From Actinomycetota bacterium (GTDB lineage: Bacteria > Actinomycetota > Coriobacteriia > Anaerosomatales > JAUXNU01), in contig JAUXNU010000112.1 of the NCBI GenBank assembly GCA_030682655.1, positions 2,175-66,174 of the forward strand: 64,000 nt of DNA. Reading direction: 5' to 3'. The notes under the pieces were generated by a model. That model was not told the origin of the DNA, ran no database searches, and saw only the letters and a program-made list of their open reading frames with translations. Within the stretch, counting starts at the first letter, position 1; the number at the start of each line of letters is the position of its first letter. The translations under genes and the position numbers were made by a program. Below, piece after piece: positions 34,415-43,694 of this stretch.

Positions 34415-35905
34415 CTACGGCAATGTCTCGGCGGCGAGCTTTGCGAGCGAGAGCGGTAGTCCGGGAGCCCACGCGAAGATTCCAAGGACGACGGTGAGTG
34501 CGGCTCCGGCCAGTAGCGGACCGAGCATCGTCCAGGGGGCTTCGAGTCGGGTCGTAGCCTCTGGGAGATCGCGCACGATCGGCGACGGCTCCTTCAGGTA
34601 GGCGGCGTAGACGATGGGAAGCAGGTACACGGCGGCAAGCAATGCCCCGCCAAGGAGCACCGCCAAGTACCAGGGCTTTTCCGCGTCGAGGATGCCGAGG
34701 CCCAGATACCACTTGCTTGTGAAGCCGGAGAGCGGCGGCGTGCCGATCATCGAGAGAGCTGTGAGAGTGAAGACGCCCATAGTGATGGGATGCTGCTTGG
34801 CGATTCCGGCCATCTCGCTCACCTTGTGAACGCCCGCCCGCTTTATCACGATGCCGACGCAGAAGAACAGCGTCGCCTTCATGAACGCGTGGTTGGCGAT
34901 GTGGACCAAAGCGCCGGTCGTTGCGTTGACGCTCAGAAGCGATGCGCCGAAGATCACGTATCCCATTTGGCTGATGGTGGAGTAGGCGAGTCGACGTTTG
35001 AGGTTGTCCTGGGCTACGGCGAGCACGGCGGCGGTGATAATGGTCGCTGCGGCGATCAACCCCAGCGGGACCGCCACGCCGAGCTCCCTTAGCAGCGGGA
35101 TGCCGAAGACGTTGTGAATCACCCGCAGGATGCCGAAGCTGCCGGCTGCCACCATGATTCCGGACAGGACCGCTGAGAAAGGTGCCGGAGCGGCGGGATG
35201 TGCGTCGGGTACCCACCCGTGCAACGGCATGAGGGCCGCCTTGACGCCGAAGCCCGCGATGAAGCACCAGAAGACGGCGAGCAATGCCGTCCTGCTGGAC
35301 TTGGATGCGGCGAAGAACGCGGTGCGTCCGAACTCCTGCGAGTCGGCGAGGAAGTACGTTCCCATGATGGCGAGCAGCACGAAACCGCTGCCGATGATGA
35401 TGTAGGTGATGTACTTCGTGCCGGCCGCCATCGCCTCGGGCGTCTGCTCGTGGACTACGAGCGGATAGGTGAGTATCGAGAACAGCTCGTAGAAGACCAG
35501 GAACGACAGCAGGTTGCCGGCAAAGGCGACACCAAAGGTCCAGGAAAGCGCCAGCATGAGGAAGGAGAAGTAGCGGTTCTTGCGGTGCCCGTCTGCCATG
35601 TACCCGATCGAGAAGACTACCGCCAGCAGCCATAGCACGCTCGCCGTGATCGCGAAGAGCACGCCGAGGGGGTCGACACGGAGGTGCATCCAGATGGTAG
35701 GCGTCATCTGGAACATGCGCATCCCGTATGTCTCGCCCTCGAGCGCTCCCGGTATGAGCAACGCCACGAGTCCGGTCACGAGTGTGACCACGAAGACCAG
35801 GCCGACCGCGCGAGCACGCTCCGAAATCCTCGACAGCGGAACGACGAGAGCTGCGCCGAGCATCGGCAAGAACACCACTGCGGGGAGTACTGCTGAGGGA
35901 TTCAT
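34415..35905 (-). CDS. mrpD: MrpD/NuoN-like antiporter subunit (copy 3)
   Basis: FYELFSILTY, HGWVPDAHPAAPAPFSAVLSG, HIANHAFMKATLFF. 14 predicted TM helices. Confidence 0.85.
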   Translation of the reverse strand: MNPSAVLPAVVFLPMLGAALVVPLSRISERARAVGLVFVVTLVTGLVALLIPGALEGETYGMRMFQMTPTIWMHLRVDPLGVLFAITASVLWLLAVVFSIGYMADGHRKNRYFSFLMLALSWTFGVAFAGNLLSFLVFYELFSILTYPLVVHEQTPEAMAAGTKYITYIIIGSGFVLLAIMGTYFLADSQEFGRTAFFAASKSSRTALLAVFWCFIAGFGVKAALMPLHGWVPDAHPAAPAPFSAVLSGIMVAAGSFGILRVIHNVFGIPLLRELGVAVPLGLIAAATIITAAVLAVAQDNLKRRLAYSTISQMGYVIFGASLLSVNATTGALVHIANHAFMKATLFFCVGIVIKRAGVHKVSEMAGIAKQHPITMGVFTLTALSMIGTPPLSGFTSKWYLGLGILDAEKPWYLAVLLGGALLAAVYLLPIVYAAYLKEPSPIVRDLPEATTRLEAPWTMLGPLLAGAALTVVLGIFAWAPGLPLSLAKLAAETLP

Positions 35906-35930
35906 GAGCCCACCACCCCGATCACTCCTC

Positions 35931-37406
35931 TCACAATCCGAAGAAGTACTCTACTGCCGTTCGAGCCAGGGACAGAGGCATCCCCGGGACCTCGGCGAAG
36001 CTGCCAAGCAGAATCACGTACACGGCGCAGATGAGCGTTGGGAGGAGCAACATCCAGTGGGCCTCCTTGATATGGAGGCTCGTACCGGGCGGTACCTTGA
36101 AGAACGCCATGTAGATGATCGGAAGCCAGTACGCGGCGTTGAGTATCGAACTCGTAATCAGCACGACAACGAATACCCAGCCGCCCATCTCCATCGCACC
36201 GAGAGACAGGTACCACTTGGTGATGAACCCTGCCGTGAGAGGCACGCCGATGAAGCCGAGGGCGGCGACGGTGAATGCTCCCATGGTAAACGGCATCTGA
36301 TACCCGATGCCGGCGAACTCGTGGATGTTCGTGCGTCCGGTTGTTTTCTGGATGGCCCCGGCAACGAAGAACATGGTGATCTTCATGAACGCCTGGTTAG
36401 CGATGTGGACGATTGCGCCAAGCGCTGCCAGGGGGGTTAGCAGCGCGGCGCCAAGGATGATGTAGGAGAGCTGGCTGATTGTCGAATATGCGAGGCGTCG
36501 CTTGAAGTTGTCCTGGGTCAGCGCGATCGCGGACGCCATGACGATCGTGAACGATGCGGCGGCGGCAAGCCACACGCCGATACCGAGCTCCCTCAGCAGC
36601 TCCACGCCAAAGACGCAGAACACGACGCGCAGTATGCCATAGACCCCGGCCTTCACAACGGCCACTGCGTGCAGAAGGGCGCTAACCGGCGCCGGAGCGA
36701 CCATTGCCGACGGCAGCCATCCGTGCAGCGGCATGATCGCGGCCTTCACGCCGAACCCGATGATGAACGCCGCGAACAGGAGTGTGAGCCCCTGTGTGCC
36801 CGCCGAGATGTCGAGGATTCCTCGCCCGCTAAGCGTGAGCGTTCCCGCCCACTGGTAGGTGACAGCGGTGGCGAGCAGCACGAACACACCGCCGATGAGC
36901 GTGTATGCGAGGTACTTGCGGCCAGCCGCCATCGCCTCCGGAGTCTCCTCGTGCACGACCAGTGGATACGTGCAGATTGTGAGCATCTCGTAGAAGAGGA
37001 ACAGTGTGAGGAGGTTCTCGGCAAACGCGATACCGACCGTGGTCGACACGCACAAGGCGAAGAAGCCGAAGAAGCGAGCCTGCTCGTGCTCATTCTTCAT
37101 ATAGCCGATTGCGTAGAGGGTCGTGATCAACCACAGCGTCGATGAGACGAGAGTGAAGAACATTGCGAGTGCATCGACCCTGAATGCTAGACCGATGCCA
37201 GGCGTGAACTCGACGAGCGAGTATCTGTAGACTGTGCCGGCCAGCACGCCTGGCAGCATCGAGAAGATGAGGACGAGCTTGACGGCCGCAGTACTCAGGC
37301 TCCAGAAAGCCCTCCAGAAGGGACGTGAACCACCGAAGAACATCAGAAGTCCGCACGCGAGTGATAGCGCCGGTGCGAGGAGCGGTCGAATATCCCATAC
37401 TTCCAT
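35931..37406 (-). CDS. mrpD: MrpD/NuoN-like antiporter subunit (copy 2)
   Basis: FYEMLTICTY, HGWLPSAMVAPAPVSALLHA, HIANQAFMKITMFF. Confidence 0.85.
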   Translation of the reverse strand: MEVWDIRPLLAPALSLACGLLMFFGGSRPFWRAFWSLSTAAVKLVLIFSMLPGVLAGTVYRYSLVEFTPGIGLAFRVDALAMFFTLVSSTLWLITTLYAIGYMKNEHEQARFFGFFALCVSTTVGIAFAENLLTLFLFYEMLTICTYPLVVHEETPEAMAAGRKYLAYTLIGGVFVLLATAVTYQWAGTLTLSGRGILDISAGTQGLTLLFAAFIIGFGVKAAIMPLHGWLPSAMVAPAPVSALLHAVAVVKAGVYGILRVVFCVFGVELLRELGIGVWLAAAASFTIVMASAIALTQDNFKRRLAYSTISQLSYIILGAALLTPLAALGAIVHIANQAFMKITMFFVAGAIQKTTGRTNIHEFAGIGYQMPFTMGAFTVAALGFIGVPLTAGFITKWYLSLGAMEMGGWVFVVVLITSSILNAAYWLPIIYMAFFKVPPGTSLHIKEAHWMLLLPTLICAVYVILLGSFAEVPGMPLSLARTAVEYFFGL

Positions 37407-37407
37407 G

Positions 37408-38892
37408 TCAACCCCCGATGGGCGCCAGCATGCTTCTTACGGCGGGCTCGATGAAACTGAGCGGGATTCTGCCGAAGATCCCCATGACGAGACAGAGAAT
37501 CGCAAGCACGACGACGGGCACAAGCATGGAGATGGGAGCCTCGCCCACCTCCAGGATCTCCGGGTGCGTTGGGGCCATGAAGTAGAACGCATTCACCATC
37601 CGGATGTAGTACACGAAGATCAGCAGCGCACCGAAGAGCAGGAGGATCGCGAACAAGAGCCTCCCTGCCTCAATGGCGCCCAGGGCGATGTACCACTTGC
37701 AGAGGAAGCCTGCCGTAGGCGGGATACCGACGATCGATATCGCGCCGATCGCGATTGCCGCCGTTGTGATCGGCATGGCTTTGCCGATTCCCCGGAGATC
37801 TCGAAGATTGCGATAGCCGGTCTGGTGGATCAGAGCTCCTGCCCCAAGGAAGAGTGTCGCCTTGATCAGCGCGTGGTTGAAGATGTGCACCGATGCACCC
37901 ATGATTCCGAACGGTGAAGCGAGACCCAGTCCCATGAAGATGTAACCGATGTTGGAGATTGTCGAGTAGGCGAGCATCATCTTGATGTCCTCTTGGACCA
38001 TCGCGAACAGCGCGCCCGTGACGATTGAGATCGCGCCTAGCCACATGAGCACGGTATTGAGCGATGAGAGGTCGAACAACTGAGCCGCATACAGGATCTG
38101 GAACATCCGCAACATGCCGAGCACGCCGATCTTGACCACGAGGCCCGACAGGATGGCACTCACCGGTCCGGGGGCGATCGAGTGTGCGTCGGGCAACCAG
38201 ATATGGAGGGGGAACACCGCCGCTTTCATTGAGAATCCCAGCGTGAGCGCGGCTACCGCAACGGCCGCGGGGAAGGGCGCGACACCCCCAAGTCTCGTTG
38301 CCAGGTCCGTCATGTTCAGCGTACCGGTCAGGGAGTACAGCAGGCCGATGGCGAGCAGGACACACAGCGACGAGATTGCCCCCATGATCAGGTACTTGAA
38401 GCCGGCGAGTTCCGCGATGCGCTCACCCGTTATCGCAACCAGCGCGTAGCCGGCGAGCGAGAGGACCTCGAGGAACACGAACATATTGAAGATGTCGCCG
38501 GTGACCGCGAAGCCGTTCATTCCTCCAAGGCAGAGCAGCACCAGCGCGTAGTAGTACGGAATCCTCTGCTCGGGGATGGCGTGTTTCGCATAAGCCAAGG
38601 AGAACAGGAGCGCGAGCCAGCCAACGAGGCAGATGACCCCGATGGAGACGCTGAACTCATCGAACCGCAGCTCGATGCCTAGCGGCGGTGCCCAGCCGCC
38701 CATGTGATACGAGAAGGATCCCTGCGTCGACACACGGTAGGAGAGTACGACCGCCGCCAGGGAGACGATGCTGAACACGAACAGCGCCCAGTATCCTGCG
38801 AGCTGGGTCCGATATCTCCCGACTATGGGAGTAAGAGCGGCGCCGACGAGAGGGGTGATGATGAGTACCACGGGCCACTGGCCGCCACCCAT
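37408..38892 (-). CDS. mrpD: MrpD/NuoN-like antiporter subunit (copy 1)
   Basis: FLEVLSLAGY, HIWLPDAHSIAPGPVSAILSG, HIFNHALIKATLFL. Confidence 0.85.
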   Translation of the reverse strand: MGGGQWPVVLIITPLVGAALTPIVGRYRTQLAGYWALFVFSIVSLAAVVLSYRVSTQGSFSYHMGGWAPPLGIELRFDEFSVSIGVICLVGWLALLFSLAYAKHAIPEQRIPYYYALVLLCLGGMNGFAVTGDIFNMFVFLEVLSLAGYALVAITGERIAELAGFKYLIMGAISSLCVLLAIGLLYSLTGTLNMTDLATRLGGVAPFPAAVAVAALTLGFSMKAAVFPLHIWLPDAHSIAPGPVSAILSGLVVKIGVLGMLRMFQILYAAQLFDLSSLNTVLMWLGAISIVTGALFAMVQEDIKMMLAYSTISNIGYIFMGLGLASPFGIMGASVHIFNHALIKATLFLGAGALIHQTGYRNLRDLRGIGKAMPITTAAIAIGAISIVGIPPTAGFLCKWYIALGAIEAGRLLFAILLLFGALLIFVYYIRMVNAFYFMAPTHPEILEVGEAPISMLVPVVVLAILCLVMGIFGRIPLSFIEPAVRSMLAPIGG

Positions 38893-38894
38893 CG

Positions 38895-39245
38895 CTACTC
38901 AACCCCCCACAGGTCGTCGGACTCGATCGTCCCGTACTGCTCGTAGATACGGATGATCAGACTGAGTGCGAGCGCTGTGGTGCTGAATGCGACAACGATG
39001 CCCGTGAGGATGAGGCCCTGGGGAAGCGGATTGGCGAAGGGCGGAGCCGCGCCGTGGCCCATGATCGGAGCATCACCGTCGGTCACGATCCCCGCCGCCA
39101 TGACGAACGCGAAGACCGCAGTCTCGATGATGTTGAGCCCGAGGAGCTTCTTGATGAGGTTGCCCTTGGCGATGATCGCGTAGAGCCCGATAAGGAACAG
39201 CAGGACTGACGCGACGTAGTCGATATTGGCCCACAGTTCCTTCAT
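38895..39245 (-). CDS. mrpC: MrpC/MnhC (NuoK-like) subunit
   Basis: 116 aa, 3 TM. LIKKLLGLNIIETAVFAF and LILTGIVVAFSTTALALSLI. ATGA overlap with mrpB. Confidence 0.85.
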   Translation of the reverse strand: MKELWANIDYVASVLLFLIGLYAIIAKGNLIKKLLGLNIIETAVFAFVMAAGIVTDGDAPIMGHGAAPPFANPLPQGLILTGIVVAFSTTALALSLIIRIYEQYGTIESDDLWGVE

Positions 39246-39958
39246 CCGTTGCTCCCCTCCATGGTCCAGTAGACGGACGCGACGATCGCCGCGCCTCCGA
39301 TTGCAATGCCGGCCTCGATGACCGTGAGGAAGGGAACCCGGAGGAACAGCCACCGGCCATCGATGGGATACGAAAGGTACTCGCCAAGGAGGGCCATTCC
39401 GGCGACCCCGACCACGGCGAACAGGAGCACGGCGGCGGGCTGCAACCACGGGCGGATCCGTTCGGGCAGCAGCTTCTGCGCCTGCTTGCTCCCCTGGACG
39501 AGGCTCGTGGCGATCAGAAGCGCGCCGATGATCGTGCCTCCCTGGAAACCGCCGCCCGGCGTGGAGTGGCCGTATATGACCATGTAGACCGAGAAGACCA
39601 CGATGAATGGCGCCAGCACGCGGACGATGAATCGGGTGACGGGGCTAACCGGGGTTGCGGGCTCGGCGGGCTGTTCCTGCTTGGCGGTACGCGGAATCAG
39701 GAGCACGCCGAAGACGGCCATCATGGCCGTGAAGATGACGGTGACCTCGCCGTCGGTGTCGTAGCCTCTGTAGTTGAGGATGATGGCGGTCACGATGTTC
39801 TCGCATCCGGTCTCCTCCGGGCCCTCTTCGAGGTAGTGCGGGACGATGTGCGTGTAGGTGGGGTTCTCAACCGAGCCGATCGGCGGAAGCAGGGACACGG
39901 CATACAGAAGGGGTACGGCCGCCAGTATCAGCAGCGCCAGGGTGAGTGCGCGTCTCAT
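39242..39958 (-). CDS. mrpB: MrpB/MnhB-domain subunit
   Basis: NIVTAIILNYRGYDTDGEVTVIF and GGGFQGG motifs of the MnhB domain. ATGA overlap with the upstream gene. The ORF-track extension to 40411 is out of context. Confidence 0.8.
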   Translation of the reverse strand: MRRALTLALLILAAVPLLYAVSLLPPIGSVENPTYTHIVPHYLEEGPEETGCENIVTAIILNYRGYDTDGEVTVIFTAMMAVFGVLLIPRTAKQEQPAEPATPVSPVTRFIVRVLAPFIVVFSVYMVIYGHSTPGGGFQGGTIIGALLIATSLVQGSKQAQKLLPERIRPWLQPAAVLLFAVVGVAGMALLGEYLSYPIDGRWLFLRVPFLTVIEAGIAIGGAAIVASVYWTMEGSNG

Positions 39959-40197
39959 CGCTCTCGCCTCGTTGTCCGGGAGACGGCAATGAGGAACAGC
40001 ACCGTCGTGACTCCGGCGCCCACCGCAGCTTCGGTAAGAGCGACGTCGGGCGAACCTCTGAGCTGCCACAGAAGACACATGATGAGGCTGTAGGTCGAGA
40101 AGATGATCGCTGCGGCGAGCAGGTCCTTCGTTCGGATGACCGCCAGTGCGCATGCGATGAGAAGGCCGTAGAGGACCAGGTCGAACGCGCGACTCAT
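39955..40197 (-). CDS. DUF4040 (MbhD / MrpA-C-terminal-like) small membrane subunit
   Basis: 80 aa, SPDVALTEAAVGAGV signature, 3 TM. Confidence 0.75.
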   Translation of the reverse strand: MSRAFDLVLYGLLIACALAVIRTKDLLAAAIIFSTYSLIMCLLWQLRGSPDVALTEAAVGAGVTTVLFLIAVSRTTRRER

Positions 40198-40529
40198 GTC
40201 TGGTCACCGTCCGCCCTTGGGCTGCGCGTCCAGGGGGCAAGCCCCGATCTGAAGGCCGCACGAGCAAGGGCATGGCCTGCAGTGGGGCTCGTGAGGAGCA
40301 CGAACGCCGCAATCGCCAGGATCTTGAAGGCATCGGGTTTGAGTCCCGTGTACACGGCGAGGGCGACCAGGATCGATCCGGCTCCGAGCGTGTCGCATTT
40401 GGTCGCCGCATGAGTCCTTGAGTAGAAATCGGGCAGGCGCAACATGCCGATCGTTCCGACGAGGAAGAAGAAGGCCCCGATGCAGGCGAACACGATGGTT
40501 ATCGCCATTACGATGGGATGTACGTTCAC
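40194..40529 (-). CDS. mrpG: MrpG/MnhG subunit
   Basis: GTIGMLRLPDFYSRTHAATKCDTLG signature. GTG overlaps the mrpF stop (GTGA). Confidence 0.8.
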   Translation of the reverse strand: MNVHPIVMAITIVFACIGAFFFLVGTIGMLRLPDFYSRTHAATKCDTLGAGSILVALAVYTGLKPDAFKILAIAAFVLLTSPTAGHALARAAFRSGLAPWTRSPRADGDQT

Positions 40530-40804
40530 TGCTGCCACTCCTCCTCGAATCGCCCGGTCTCGAGGAATCTCGAGGCAGCGAGCGTTGCCACGAGATTCAG
40601 GAGGGCGTAGACGAAAGCAACATCGATATACAGACCGCGATCGAAGACGAAGGCCAGCAGAACGAGTACGACAAGCGTCTTCGTTCCCACGATGTTCACG
40701 GCGAGGATCCGGTCGACGGCAGTGGGGCCGCGATACGCCCGGTAGAGACAAATGAAGGCATTCACGAGCAGGAAGATAGCCGTTCCCCAGAAGAAGACGT
40801 CCAT
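40526..40804 (-). CDS. mrpF: MrpF/MnhF subunit
   Basis: 92 aa, LYRAYRGPTAVDRILAVN signature. Confidence 0.85.
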   Translation of the reverse strand: MDVFFWGTAIFLLVNAFICLYRAYRGPTAVDRILAVNIVGTKTLVVLVLLAFVFDRGLYIDVAFVYALLNLVATLAASRFLETGRFEEEWQQ

Positions 40805-40808
40805 GCCA

Positions 40809-41285
40809 CTACTCCTCGAAGACCTTGGCGATTATGTGGTCGAGCTTGCGTGAGGCGATGTCGTCGGCGAACTCGCGATCGAGGCAGTGGATGAAGAAGA
40901 CGGAGCCGTCCACGTCTACCGTCAGCGTGCCCGGCGTGAGAGTGATCGAGTTTGCCAGCGCGACTCCGGAGACCGGTCGCTTGAGCGCTGACAGATGCTC
41001 GATGATCAGGGGGTCTATCGGCAGCCTGGGATCAAGCACCTTCTCGGCGACGTAGATGTTGGCCCAGACTATCTCCTTCACCAGGAACCCTACATAGACG
41101 AAGAAGCGTCCCGCTTGACGTAGCGTGAGGTAGGGCGCGTCGTCCTCGGTCCAGAGAGTTCGTTCTGTGAACCAGGCCACGAGCACCGACAGGACGAGGC
41201 CGGTAGCCAGTCCGCTTGGGTTGAATGAGCCGAGTATGAGAACCCAGAAGCCGAACAAGACGATGGAGAGCTGGAGCACGGCCAT
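40809..41285 (-). CDS. mrpE: MrpE/MnhE subunit
   Basis: LANSITLTPGTLTVDVD signature. The ATG shares its A with the TGA of the upstream GGDEF-like gene. Confidence 0.8.
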   Translation of the reverse strand: MAVLQLSIVLFGFWVLILGSFNPSGLATGLVLSVLVAWFTERTLWTEDDAPYLTLRQAGRFFVYVGFLVKEIVWANIYVAEKVLDPRLPIDPLIIEHLSALKRPVSGVALANSITLTPGTLTVDVDGSVFFIHCLDREFADDIASRKLDHIIAKVFEE

Positions 41286-42151
41286 CAGACGCTGCCTTCT
41301 AGCACGCGCTCGACGTGCGGGGCTGCCCCGGTTGCGATCTTGCCCGCCTTCGCCTCGCTCAGACTGGACTGCGCCAGCGCGAGCAGGGATTCGGCGTCGC
41401 ACGCTGGCTCCGGGCAGGTGGCAATGCCCGTGCTTATCGTCTGTCGAGTGACGGGTTCGAGCTCGTCGCCCTCGAACTCGGTACCGGCGACGAGGTTCTC
41501 GAGACGCCGAGCGATCAGATGCGCTTCGTCTTGGGTGCAATGGGGGCAGATGAGCGCGAACACGCCGTCGGCATGTCGGGCAAGCACGTCGGTGCTGCGG
41601 ACCGAGATCTTGGTTACCTCGGCCAGATGCTCAAGGAGCAAGGCGGCCCGATGGCTGCCAAACGTTTCCTTGAATACTTTGATGTCATCCAGTTCGATCA
41701 GCAGAAGCGCCATGCTCCCGCCGTAGCGAGCTCTCCGCCGGGTCTCCTCCTCGAGGCGCGTGGCGAAGTAGCTTTCCGAGTACAACCCGGTGAGCGGGTC
41801 GTACACGGACGTTCTCTCGAGCTCCTGGGCGTGCACTCCCTGTCTCTGGGTGAGGATCCCGACGATCAGGCCCGTCACCAAGAACACAGCCAGCCCGACG
41901 GCGGACTCCGTGACCACATCGGTGGTCAAGCGGGAGGCTGCTGCGAGCGCGTGGAATCCGAGGAGAGCTGCCGTGATGGCGGTCATCAGAATCGCGCCGC
42001 TGGCATGGTAGGTGAGAGCTGCGACTATGACGGGCACGCCGTAGAGGGGCCACAGCCAATGGAACTCACCGGTGAACTGAACGAGGAGTGCGACGAATAT
42101 CGTCGATAGTGCGATAAACAGCAGTCGGTGGAGATGAATTCGTGAAGCCAT
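41285..42151 (-). CDS. Membrane protein with degenerate GGDEF domain (I-site retained, active site lost)
   Basis: 4 N-terminal TM helices, then DPLTGLYSESYF...LLIELDDIKVFKETFG...RSTDVLARHADGVFALI. The start is taken at ATG 42151 (G-run RBS); the ORF track starts at TTG 42175. Confidence 0.75.
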   Translation of the reverse strand: MASRIHLHRLLFIALSTIFVALLVQFTGEFHWLWPLYGVPVIVAALTYHASGAILMTAITAALLGFHALAAASRLTTDVVTESAVGLAVFLVTGLIVGILTQRQGVHAQELERTSVYDPLTGLYSESYFATRLEEETRRRARYGGSMALLLIELDDIKVFKETFGSHRAALLLEHLAEVTKISVRSTDVLARHADGVFALICPHCTQDEAHLIARRLENLVAGTEFEGDELEPVTRQTISTGIATCPEPACDAESLLALAQSSLSEAKAGKIATGAAPHVERVLEGSV

Positions 42152-42205
42152 CACTGCCCCCCCCAATACAAACAAAGCAGTACGGCGGGGGCGTCCACAA
42201 AGCCG

Positions 42206-42211
42206 ATTATA
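42206..42211 (-). promoter_or_regulatory. Candidate -10 box (TATAAT, minus strand) for the GGDEF-mrp operon
   Basis: Perfect TATAAT in a GC-rich intergenic region about 55 nt upstream of ATG 42151. No clear -35. Confidence 0.3.
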
Positions 42212-42356
42212 TACCCTCGGTGGCGCAGAGTGCAGTTAATCGTTGTTCATGCACAGTTGGCGTTTCATGCGGGCTGTAGTGCGTGTTTGGAGGTTGTCAG
42301 TCGTCACCGTAACCACTCTCCGGGCGCCTACGGATGGGTCGTGCGTGCTTGCCGCC

Positions 42357-43694
42357 CTACTCGGTCTGACCGGTGAACGCGAACGACGTGAGCAGCAGGG
42401 CGGGGACGTAGCTGCCGCTTAGCTCGCTGCCGAAGAGTCGGCGCTCGCGGGTTGCCCCCTGGACGCCCGCAAGCGCCTCGACCATGGGTTGGGTGAAGCG
42501 CAGGTTCTTGAGCGGGCGCGTCAGCCTCCCGTTCTCGATCAGGAACGTCCCGTCGCGTGTCATGCCCGTTAGCGTGACGGGCACGGGATCCTCCACGTTG
42601 GCGTAGTGGAATCGCGTCACATATACGCCATGTTCTACAGCTCCAACGAGATCGTCGATCGTGGCATCGCCTGCCGAGAGTTCGAGGTTCATGGGCATGG
42701 GGCCGTGTGGGTTGGGCGCGGGAAGAGCGTGCCCGGTGTTGTGCGTGCCGGTTCTGGCCGCCCAGTATGAGTCGGTGACGGGCTTCCCTATGACACCGCG
42801 GTCCACGAGGGTGACCTGTCTGCGGGGCACGCCCTCGAAATCGAACGGGAGACCCAGGGCGTGCGTCGCCAGCGCGTCGTCGACGATCGTCACGCTCTCC
42901 GACATCAGGCGCTGACCGGAAGTGCCACTCATGAACGAGCGCCCTTCCTCCACGGCCTTGGCGGAGAACCCCACGTAGCCAAGGAACTCCAGGATGTCGG
43001 CGACCGCTTCCGCGGCCAGCACGACGGTGTAGGCGCCGGGCTCGAGATCGCCGGGATCCGCCGAACGCTCCGCAAGCGTTGCCGCTTCGTCGCCGAGAGC
43101 CGCGGGTGCGAGGCCGGAAGAATCCGGGCCCAGGTACGACGCCCAGCCTGCGCCGCCATCACTGCCCATGGAAAGCACGGTCGCGCGGACGCCTGTGGCC
43201 GTGCCGGCGACATCCGTTCCGCGCGTGTTTGCGACCGCGATCGCATGCTCGTTCGCAGAGACCGTACCCGCGGCGACGAGCGAACGCGACGAGGATTGGT
43301 CTATGACGGAACGGGCAGCCAGTGCGCGCGCTTCGGCGTCGAAGGCGTCAACGACTGCGCTTGCAGCTGCAGGGGCCACTTCGCTGGGTCCCGGCAGCCC
43401 CGGGAAGCTTGCGTCCTCGGGTGCCGCCGCAGCCGCGCGGGCGGCGGCGGCGCAGCACGCGAGAAGTCCGTCATCATCGACGCGGCTCGTCGAGGCGACA
43501 CCGATGCGTGTGCCAAGGACCGCGCGGACGGAGACAGAGACGCCGTTCTCGGCCACGTTCTGATGGATGTGGTTGTTCGCGAATCGCGTGAGTGCGGTGT
43601 TGCTGGCCGAGACGAGTGCCTCGGCCTCGTCCGCCGACGTGAGTTCGAGCGCGCGCAGTGCCAGCCCCCGTGCGAGGCTCTCTTGAGCGGTCAT
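42357..43694 (-). CDS. pmbA: TldE/PmbA metalloprotease subunit
   Basis: PmbA_TldD family C-terminal block (HNTGHALP...GVYVTRFHY..VTLTGMTRDGTFLIENG). ATGA overlap with the tldD stop. Confidence 0.85.
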   Translation of the reverse strand: MTAQESLARGLALRALELTSADEAEALVSASNTALTRFANNHIHQNVAENGVSVSVRAVLGTRIGVASTSRVDDDGLLACCAAAARAAAAAPEDASFPGLPGPSEVAPAAASAVVDAFDAEARALAARSVIDQSSSRSLVAAGTVSANEHAIAVANTRGTDVAGTATGVRATVLSMGSDGGAGWASYLGPDSSGLAPAALGDEAATLAERSADPGDLEPGAYTVVLAAEAVADILEFLGYVGFSAKAVEEGRSFMSGTSGQRLMSESVTIVDDALATHALGLPFDFEGVPRRQVTLVDRGVIGKPVTDSYWAARTGTHNTGHALPAPNPHGPMPMNLELSAGDATIDDLVGAVEHGVYVTRFHYANVEDPVPVTLTGMTRDGTFLIENGRLTRPLKNLRFTQPMVEALAGVQGATRERRLFGSELSGSYVPALLLTSFAFTGQTE

